Source: an uncultured Verrucomicrobiae bacterium | GTDB taxonomy: Bacteria; Verrucomicrobiota; Verrucomicrobiia; Chthoniobacterales; JAFAMB01 | Assembly: GCA_963762565.1 (NCBI GenBank) | Contig: CAVXLD010000009.1 | Coordinates: 32,001 to 96,000, forward strand | Reading direction: 5' to 3' | DNA length: 64,000 bases | Shown: positions 56,458 through 64,000 of the stretch, in pieces | Layout of the letters: each line of letters starts with the position of its first letter | Numbering within the stretch: position 1 is the stretch's first letter | Notes under the pieces: generated by a model | What the model was told of the DNA's origin: nothing | What the model saw: the letters and a program-made list of their open reading frames with translations, nothing else | Database searches by the model: none | Made by a program: the position numbers and the translations under genes

Positions 56458-56634
56458 GGGAGGGCGCGCGTCCTCGCGCGCCGCGAAAACGTGCCGGGCC
56501 TACAGACGGTGTTTAATCGCTCAAGGGACACGCGCTCGGCTCCGCGAATAACGGATCGCGAGGATCCGACGTCGCCAGCGCTGAGAAGAAAAGACCCACG
56601 ATGGAAGGCTATGTCGGACAGGCTGCGGTCCCTC
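56458..56634. repeat. GGAG REP doublet with nested insert in the right arm
   Basis: The left arm is the uninterrupted GGGAGGGCGCGCGTCCTCGCGCGCCG. Confidence 0.88.
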
Positions 56635-56657
56635 CTTCGTTAAAACGCGCCACGGAA

Positions 56658-58577
56658 TCACCGGCCGCCTACGCTCGTCACCGTCCGTTTCGTGACTTGG
56701 ATCCCTCGAGACTTTGCACCTCGGATCTGCATATCTTTCGCTGCGAAGGTTTGTTCATCGACACGAGTACCTTTCGCATGCCGGTATTTCAGACGCAGCT
56801 CCGTCACCGGTCGATCGGTGATAAACTTAATCTTGGCGCCTTCCTGGGTGCAGAAATAATCCCGGTTCATAATGGCGCCACCGAAAGCGAACCGCTTGAT
56901 AAAGCTCGCCTTGGGCGTGCTATACACGATCGTGAATACCTTTTCCCGATCATAGATTTGGAAATACTTCACGTCCTTATCCACAAACAGTTTGTCGGGT
57001 GGCGGGATCATCTGGTAGCGGCCGTTTTCCCAAACCACCAATAACTTATCTAGTGGTGAACAGCGAAAAGCGGCTTCGCCTTTGACTTCCGACCCGAGAA
57101 ACCCCCGTTCTTGATCGTAGACGATGGCTAGTTCGTTCGCGGTTAGCTCTCTAACGTCGATCTCCTCTGTCTCGATGCTTTTCGTGCGCCGCTTATACTG
57201 TTTGCCATAGCGTTCGATCAGGCCTTCGAGATAACCGATGACGTACGAGGTCAGCTGTCGAAGGTTCTTTCGAGCCTCCTTCAGGTCTTCCACGATTTTG
57301 AGTTTCTCGTCTTCGTTCTTCTGGAGATCGAACTTCGAGATCCGTTTGATTTGGAGTCCGAGCAGCATCTCCACGTCGTCGATCGTGATCTCGCGGGTTA
57401 ATTGCACTCTCAGAGCAGCCAGACCTCGCAAGACAGTTTGCTGGACATCCTCGTAAGTCTCGCAATCTTCAATCCGCTTGTAGATCCTGTGCTCGATAAA
57501 AAGTTGGACCAGGGTCTTACGATGAAGTTCTTCCGTGAGCTCGTCTCGGCGAATCTCAAGCTCGCGTTTTAGAAGGCTAACTAATTGGTCCGTATTGGCG
57601 CGAATAACTTGCTCAACATCGAGTTGGACCGGGCGTTCTCCCTGAATCACAACCAGGTTCGAATGCAGAACGACTTCGCACTGCGAAAAATGATAGAGAG
57701 CCGCAATCGCTTTATCGGGGTCTTCACCCGGCGATAGAGTAATTACGATTTCAACCGTGGCAGCCGTGAAATCGTTGATCGAGCGGATCTTGACCTTCTT
57801 TTTTCGAGCAGCATCTTCAATCGAGCTGATCACGGACTCCGTCGTGGTACTAAATGGGATCTCCCGAATTACGAGGTGGTTCTGATCACGTTTTTCGATC
57901 TTCGCCCGGAGTTTGACTTTGCCGTTTCCTTTATCGTACTCGCTGGCGTCCATGAGCCCGCCTTGAGGAAAGTCCGGCAACAGCTTGAATTTCTTGTCTT
58001 GGAGGACGGCGATCTGCGCCTTGAGTAATTCCACGAAATTGTGGGGCAAGATCCGCGTCGACAGTCCCACCGCGATCCCTTCGGAGCCCAGCATCAAAAT
58101 CAGGGGCAACTTGCTTGGCAAAATAACCGGTTCTTGATTCCGGCCATCGTAACTCGGGACGTACTCAGTCAGCTTCGGATTAAATAGCTCGTTCCTGGCC
58201 AGGTCGGTGAGCCGGCATTCAATGTACCGAGACGCTGCAGCAGGATCACCGGTGAAAATATTCCCGAAGTTACCTTGTCCTTCGATCAGGTAGCTCCGAT
58301 TAACCAGGTTGACTAAGGCGTCCTCGATCGAAGCATCGCCGTGGGGATGATACTGCATGCAGTGGCCAACGATGTTTGCCACTTTGTTGAAGCGGCCATC
58401 ATCCTTCTCATAGAGCGCATGCAGGATCCGGCGTTGCACCGGCTTAAGCCCATCTTCCAACTGCGGAATAGCCCGATCCCGAATGACGTACGACGCGTAC
58501 TGAATGAAATTCTCGTTAATCAGATCCTTTAGGGGATCTTCGGGCAGGTGAATGAGGGTGGCGGAGTTAGACGACAT
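56658..58577 (-). CDS. parC: DNA topoisomerase IV subunit A
   Basis: RAIP...DGLKPVQRR, YHPHGD, GQGNFG, AASRY catalytic Tyr; short C-terminus; downstream of parE. Confidence 0.9.
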   Translation of the reverse strand: MSSNSATLIHLPEDPLKDLINENFIQYASYVIRDRAIPQLEDGLKPVQRRILHALYEKDDGRFNKVANIVGHCMQYHPHGDASIEDALVNLVNRSYLIEGQGNFGNIFTGDPAAASRYIECRLTDLARNELFNPKLTEYVPSYDGRNQEPVILPSKLPLILMLGSEGIAVGLSTRILPHNFVELLKAQIAVLQDKKFKLLPDFPQGGLMDASEYDKGNGKVKLRAKIEKRDQNHLVIREIPFSTTTESVISSIEDAARKKKVKIRSINDFTAATVEIVITLSPGEDPDKAIAALYHFSQCEVVLHSNLVVIQGERPVQLDVEQVIRANTDQLVSLLKRELEIRRDELTEELHRKTLVQLFIEHRIYKRIEDCETYEDVQQTVLRGLAALRVQLTREITIDDVEMLLGLQIKRISKFDLQKNEDEKLKIVEDLKEARKNLRQLTSYVIGYLEGLIERYGKQYKRRTKSIETEEIDVRELTANELAIVYDQERGFLGSEVKGEAAFRCSPLDKLLVVWENGRYQMIPPPDKLFVDKDVKYFQIYDREKVFTIVYSTPKASFIKRFAFGGAIMNRDYFCTQEGAKIKFITDRPVTELRLKYRHAKGTRVDEQTFAAKDMQIRGAKSRGIQVTKRTVTSVGGR

Positions 58578-58625
58578 TTACCAAATCGTGAGAAGTGAGA
58601 GGTGAGAGGTGAGAGGTGATTGGCC

Positions 58626-58744
58626 GGGAGGGCGCGCGTCCTCGCGCGCCGCGTTAGATCTGCAGTTGTCCATATACTTGAACGCTCGATAAGATCCCAC
58701 CATTACCTCCGCGAACGACTGATCGCGAGGACGCGATCCCTTCC
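58626..58744. repeat. GGAG REP doublet between parE and parC, preceded by (GTGAGAG)n
   Basis: Both arms are uninterrupted. Confidence 0.85.
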
Positions 58745-58770
58745 GGCGCTGGGTCTGCCACTTCTCATCT

Positions 58771-60589
58771 TTAGGCCGACACGGGTTCCTCGACCACCAG
58801 ATGGTCCATGATGAACTGCCGCCGGGCGGGAGTGTTTTTGCCCATATAGAATTGCAGGAGAGGCTGGACCACATGGCCGTCATCGACTGAGACATGGGTT
58901 AACTTCATCGCTGGACCGATGAATGCCTTGAACTCTGATGGAGAGATTTCTCCCAAGCCTTTGAACCGGGTGATCTCCGGGTTCTTAATCTTGCGCATGG
59001 CTTCATCGCGTTCGGCTTCCGAGTAGCAATAGAAGGTTTGCTTTTTGTCTCGCACCCGGAACAGCGGCGTTTCCAAAATAAAAACGTGGCCGGCGGTAAT
59101 AATGTCCGGAAAAAAGCGAAGAAAACAGGTGATTAGAAGGTTGCGGATATGGAGTCCATCGACATCGGCGTCCGTTGCCAGGATCACTTTGCCGTAACGC
59201 AAATTCTGCAGAGTTTCCTCCACGTTCAAGGTCCGCATCAGATTGAAGATCTCGTCGTTCTTGTAAACGATCGTGCGGTTGAGATCCCAAACATTGAGCG
59301 GTTTCCCTTTCAAGGTAAACACGGCCTGCACATTCGGATCCCGGCAACTGGTGATGGAACCCGCCGCCGACTGGCCTTCGGTTATAAAAATCATGGATTC
59401 ATGGCCAGCCCCCTTTTCTAAGTTCAAATGAACTTTGCAATCCTTGAGTTGAGGAATGCGTAAGGAGATGGCCGCTGATCGTTCCCGGGCGAGTTTACGG
59501 ACATCTTGCAATTCTTTACGCAGCCGCTGGGTTTCCTGAATCTTCGTCAGTAAGCGTTCGGTTGCTTCGCTGTTCTTATGGAGAAGCGTGGCAACGATGT
59601 CGCGGACCTTCGCGACCAACTCGGTTCTGATTTCGGTATTACCAAGTTTGTTTTTGGTTTGAGATTCGAAAACCGGGTCCTTCAACCGAATCGCGATCGC
59701 GCCCACTAAACCTTCACGCACATCGTCTCCTTCGAACTTCGCTTTGCCCACATCGTTAATCGCTTTCAGGATCCCTTCCCGGAAAGCGCTCAAATGCGTT
59801 CCCCCATCCGAGGTATACTGACCGTTAACGAAGGCGTAATGCTCTTCGGACAATCGATTCGTGTGAGTAAACGCTATCTCGATCATCTTTTCCCGGAGAT
59901 GGAGAATTGGATAAATCGCGTTCCTCCGCCACGTCCTCTTCCAGCAGGTCTTTGAGTCCGTTTTCAGAGGTGAACACCTGCCCGTTGAATTTGATTCTGA
60001 GCCCGGCGTTCAGATAGGTGTAGAGATGGATTCGGCGAAATAGATGTTCTTCCCGGAACCGGAAGCTCTTAAAGATGGCGGGATCTGGCGCGAACACGAT
60101 TTCGGTGCCGTCGGGCGCGTTTTGTTTCCCCCGTTTTTGTGATTTTAATTCGCCCCGGCTGAAATCCGCTTTAAAGAACTGGCCGTCCCGATAACTGGTG
60201 ACCGTGAACTCCTCTGACAACGCGTTTACCGCCTTAGTGCCCACCCCGTTCAAGCCGACGCTGAATTGGAAAACATCGTCATTATATTTAGCGCCGGTAT
60301 TAATCCGAGAAACGCAATCGATGACCTTGCCCAATGGGATCCCGCGACCAAAATCCCGGACGCGCACAACGCTGGTATCGAGCGAGATTTCGACCTGTTT
60401 GCCATATCCCATAATGAACTCATCGATGGCGTTATCGATGACCTCTTTGATCAAGACATAAATGCCGTCATCATAATGGCTACCGTCGCCCAACCGGCCG
60501 ATGTACATGCCGGTTCGAGTCCGGATATGCTCCAGGGACGAGAGGGTTTTGATCTTGCTCTCATCGTAATTGTGTTTCTTAGACGACAT
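58771..60589 (-). CDS. parE: DNA topoisomerase IV subunit B, interrupted by an apparent +1 frameshift near 59923
   Basis: EHIR.R.GMYIG, EVIDNAIDE, GLNGVG in one frame; GGTH, FESQTK, TEGQSA, TDADVDG, RFKGLGE in another. Removing one G restores EDVAENAIYPILHLREKMIEIAF. Confidence 0.9.
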
Positions 60590-60786
60590 AGAATTAGGAT
60601 CGGGAGAGTGACATGGAGGCCCCCTGCTTGCAAGACGCGGCAAGCGGGTCGGGGTAGAGGTTATCGGAGTAGAAAAGGCGATCTGAGATTACGCGGCAGT
60701 ATAACGCAAAATGCTCAAAACCGGAAGGGGTGTGCGAAGCCCACGTTGTTTTTTTTCTTTCCCGTCCTCGTCCTCGATTTGGGCCC

Positions 60787-61100
60787 GCGCGTTCGAGGAT
60801 CGGCTTTCGCCCAGGGCTGGTGGGGCGAGGCTCCGGAATAGCCGAAAAGGATTCGCAGCGTCAACCGTCATTTCGTCGGTCTACCGGCTGCGACGTCTGA
60901 CCGCTGCCGAGCCGAGGGTTGCGCGACCCACGGCTCGGCAGCGTTCAGGTATTGCGCGCCGTATAACAACGAAACATCGATTTGCCCTGCGACAACGATG
61001 GCCTATTCCGGAGCCTCGCCCTAGCAGCGCTGGACGAATGCGTATCGTGGAACGCGCATGCCCATATCGAGGACGAGGACGACGACGAGGACGAGAACGA
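60787..61100. repeat. Second copy of the composite repeat, with the core in opposite orientation
   Basis: Compare 48936-49214. Confidence 0.88.
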
Positions 61101-61327
61101 TTGATACGTGGCACACCCTGGGCAACGGCTCGGCGCGTCAATAGGCCCTGGTTACTAATTGGTCGAGTACCTGCAGCTTCCCTTGACTAAAGCGGTGGGT
61201 CTTTCGGGAGCCCGCCTCCGCCAGGCCTGCGGCGCGGCAGGCTCTCGCCCCACCAAGTGCGGCACCGATTTGTCATTTGTCATTTGTCATCCTTCCCCCC
61301 TGCCGCTTACCATACTCCCGACTCTCA

Positions 61328-62248
61328 ATGATTCGGTTCATCGCGAAACGGATGCTCGGGCTGGTGGCAATTTTGTTTTGCGTGATCAGTATCACGTTCT
61401 TTTTGATTCGGTTAATGCCAGGCGGTCCTTTCGACCGAGAACGGAAGCTGCCCGAACACATCGAGAAGGCCTTACTAGCCAAATATAAATTGGATGGCCC
61501 GATCTGGAGCCAATATTTCGGGTACCTGGGAGATCTCTTGCATGGCGATCTCCGGCTATCGACCAAATATCGCGACCGGTCAGTGAACGAGATTTTGGCC
61601 GATGCTTTGCCAGTTTCAGCCACGCTGGGTGGCATCGCCTTCGTGTTGGCCATCGCTGGCGGCGTTTTCGTGGGGTGCCTGGCCGCGTCTCATCAACATT
61701 CCTGGGTCGACCGGTCCGCCATGCTGGGCGCAATGTTGGCTATCTCGCTGCCATCATTCGTGATCGGCCCTCTGCTCATCCTGATCTTTGCCATCTACAC
61801 CAATCTGTTACCGGTAGGCGGCTGGGGCACGCTAAGGAGTCTCATTCTTCCGTCGATCACGTTAGCTGCGCCTTACGCCGCCTATATCGCTCGCCTGACC
61901 AGGGCCAGCATGTTAGAGGCGCTAACCCAGGATTTCGTGCGCACCGCGCGCGCTAAAGGTCTGCCGGAGAGCCAAGTTATTTTCAAACACGCTCTTAAAG
62001 TCGCGATTCTACCGGTCGTCTCTTTTATGGGTCCGCTAGCGGCCAACCTGCTAACCGGATCGATCGTGGTGGAAAGTATCTTTTCGATACCGGGGGCGGG
62101 CGGCTTTTTCGTGAATTCGGTGCTTAATCGCGACGGATTTCTATTGGGCGGAATCGTGATTATCTACTGCGTGCTGCTCGTGGGGTTTAACCTGATTGTA
62201 GATATCCTCTACGGCTGGCTCGACCGGCGGATCGTTCTGTATGGTTAA
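61328..62248 (+). CDS. oppB: Oligopeptide ABC transporter permease
   Basis: MIRFIAKR, PGGPFD, LPVSA.LG, DFVRTARAKGL...KHALK. Confidence 0.92.
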   Translation: MIRFIAKRMLGLVAILFCVISITFFLIRLMPGGPFDRERKLPEHIEKALLAKYKLDGPIWSQYFGYLGDLLHGDLRLSTKYRDRSVNEILADALPVSATLGGIAFVLAIAGGVFVGCLAASHQHSWVDRSAMLGAMLAISLPSFVIGPLLILIFAIYTNLLPVGGWGTLRSLILPSITLAAPYAAYIARLTRASMLEALTQDFVRTARAKGLPESQVIFKHALKVAILPVVSFMGPLAANLLTGSIVVESIFSIPGAGGFFVNSVLNRDGFLLGGIVIIYCVLLVGFNLIVDILYGWLDRRIVLYG

Positions 62249-63140
62249 CTCCCGTTCGCCTTGGGTCAGATTTTTGCGCAACCGCGCCGCCATGGTCTCG
62301 CTGTCGGTGCTGGTGCTGGTCGCGGCCGCTGCGTTAATCGGTCCCCATCTGCTATCCGCCGCCGATGCCAATGTAAGCCAATCCAGCTTCTTGCCGCCGT
62401 CCCAGATGCATCCGTTCGGTACGGATTTGAATGGCCGGGATCTGCTTTACCGAGTCTTGCTCGGAGCCCAAATTTCCTTGTTGGTCGGCTTCTCCGGGGC
62501 CGTAGTCAGTTTCGCCATCGGAATCACCTATGGGATGATAGCCGGTTACTTGGGTGGATCGGCGGACTCCGTGATGATGCGCCTGGTCGATATTCTCTAC
62601 GCCATTCCCCGTCTCATTTTTATCTTGATCTTAATCAGCGCGGTCGACCCTATTCTGCGGGCCAGCTTGGCTGCTCACGGTTTTCAAAGCTTAGTGGGCT
62701 ATTCTAAAATCTTCATCTTGGTCACTTGCCTCGGATTCACCTCGTGGCTGACCATGGCCCGGATTATTCGAGGTCAGGTGCTCAGCTTGAAGTCGCAGGA
62801 GTTCGTGATGGCGGCGCGGAGCATCGGTCAAAGCCACTGGAATATCATCTGGCAACATCTGCTACCGAACCTAATCGGTGTCGCCATTGTGTATCTGACC
62901 CTGACCGTGCCTTCGGTGATTCTGGACGAATCATTTCTCAGTTTTCTCGGGGTCGGCATTCAAGCGCCTCTAGCCAGCTGGGGTCTATTACTAAGCGATG
63001 CTGCTCAGGTGATTAATCCGATAAAAGGCTATTGGTGGTTGTTGGTTTTCCCGGCAATCGCGATGGCGAGCACATTGCTCGCCCTTAATTTTCTAGGAGA
63101 CGGTCTTCGGGATGCATTCGATCCCCGGCAAAAGAAATAA
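62241..63140 (+). CDS. oppC: Oligopeptide ABC transporter permease
   Basis: HPFGTD..GRD, ARIIRGQ, EFV.AA, HLLPN, ESFLSFLG, GDGLRDAFDP. Confidence 0.92.
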   Translation: MVNSRSPWVRFLRNRAAMVSLSVLVLVAAAALIGPHLLSAADANVSQSSFLPPSQMHPFGTDLNGRDLLYRVLLGAQISLLVGFSGAVVSFAIGITYGMIAGYLGGSADSVMMRLVDILYAIPRLIFILILISAVDPILRASLAAHGFQSLVGYSKIFILVTCLGFTSWLTMARIIRGQVLSLKSQEFVMAARSIGQSHWNIIWQHLLPNLIGVAIVYLTLTVPSVILDESFLSFLGVGIQAPLASWGLLLSDAAQVINPIKGYWWLLVFPAIAMASTLLALNFLGDGLRDAFDPRQKK

Positions 63141-63761
63141 GAAATGACAGATGACAGATGACAGATTGCGGATGGCTGCCGTGGCCCCGGCGCCTGGAGG
63201 GGAGCCGCTTTTGACCATTGCCAAACCGGCGACAGGACCGCGCCAGAAATCGTGGCGTAACCAAGGTTTGTTAGCAGGCGGCTCCCGGGAACGTCTCCAC
63301 GCGTGAATTACCTGGGCGGTGTTGGATCGTTCGAACCACACGTACACGCGATCGGTATTGGCAAGATCAGCAGACGTTCGCGGGAGCCGCCTGCCAGGCA
63401 CACGCTCAGTCTGGCTAACGCAATCTTCCAAGACAGTCTGTTCAACTCAGGACGGGCGGAAGCGGCTCCCCTCCAGTGGTTGGACCCTAAGCGCGCGAGG
63501 ACGCGCGCCCTCCCGAACCTGGTACGATCGCGCCTCTCGCTCGGCCCATCGACGTCCCAAATGGAAGCGCCGGATCACGAATTACCACGTCCATGCCAAC
63601 CCCACGGCGCGGCTCAAATCCGGCGCGGAATCACGTTTCCCAAGTGGCAACGCCCTCGGCGCGCCGAGATTTTCGCCCTACCGGAGAACAAGATCTTAGA
63701 TGACAAAGCCGAGAGAGCGTCTTTATTTCGCCTCCAGGAGTAAAACTAAGGGAATTAAGTT

Positions 63762-64000
63762 ATGGGGATAAAATTACAAGATGCGCTGCAGGAGTCGATT
63801 GTGTGCGGAGATGGCGCCATGGGGACCGAACTATTGGCGGCCGGGGTTGCGCTAGACGTGTGCCTAGAAGAGCTCAATGTTAGTCAACCAGACCTAGTCA
63901 GCAAGGTCCACGAGAGCTATGTGGATGCCGGCTCTCAGCTGCTGGAGACCAATACTTTCGGGGCAAATGCAGTTCGGCTGGCAAAGCACGGTTTGGAAAG
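63762..64000 (+). CDS. Homocysteine S-methyltransferase domain protein (YitJ/MetH N-terminus), partial
   Basis: Not in the track. MGIKLQDALQESIVCGDGAMGTEL...PDLV..VH..YV.AG...ETNTFGAN. Confidence 0.9.
   Translation, partial: MGIKLQDALQESIVCGDGAMGTELLAAGVALDVCLEELNVSQPDLVSKVHESYVDAGSQLLETNTFGANAVRLAKHGLE

Noticed and set aside
1262..63682. CRISPR array
   Set aside because: The repeats are dispersed or inverted pairs, not regularly spaced direct repeats with unique spacers; no cas genes.
63160..63761. SAM or cobalamin riboswitch upstream of the homocysteine methyltransferase
   Set aside because: No consensus motifs seen; the region is mostly REP-like inverted repeats.

Overview
GC-rich (by eye) bacterial chromosomal window. 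Gene set, ParE/ParC type and repeat style suggest a soil Verrucomicrobiota (Chthoniobacterales-like) genome; this is an inference. Housekeeping genes: purB (partial), dedA, putA, ileS-lspA, CCA-adding enzyme, class V aminotransferase, ilvD, gntK, rfbB, parE-parC (parE frameshifted), oppBC and a partial homocysteine methyltransferase. There are two tRNA genes (Arg-TCT, Thr-CGT), neither with an encoded CCA. Accessory genes: a SigG-like ECF/SDR/YCII cluster, an orphan RfaH-like factor, a NodV/NodW-like two-component pair, a giant kinase-AAA-GAF-PAS-HK protein, Sbp+SulP, a split IcmF-type mutase and a double beta-propeller. Most intergenic regions hold non-autonomous repeats (REP doublets, MITE-like elements, inverted heptamer tracts), often nested; no transposase or CRISPR array is present. 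The best leads lie in short elements the ORF track misses: (i) a leader-peptide attenuator in front of a small ORF coupled to the CCA-adding enzyme, (ii) a tetra-cysteine leader ORF sharing an operator-like motif with the sulfate transport genes, (iii) an orphan twin-domain structured RNA resembling an IS110 bridge RNA, and (iv) a stack of TA-bounded palindromes abutting an ECF sigma start codon. All calls were made by eye without database searches.
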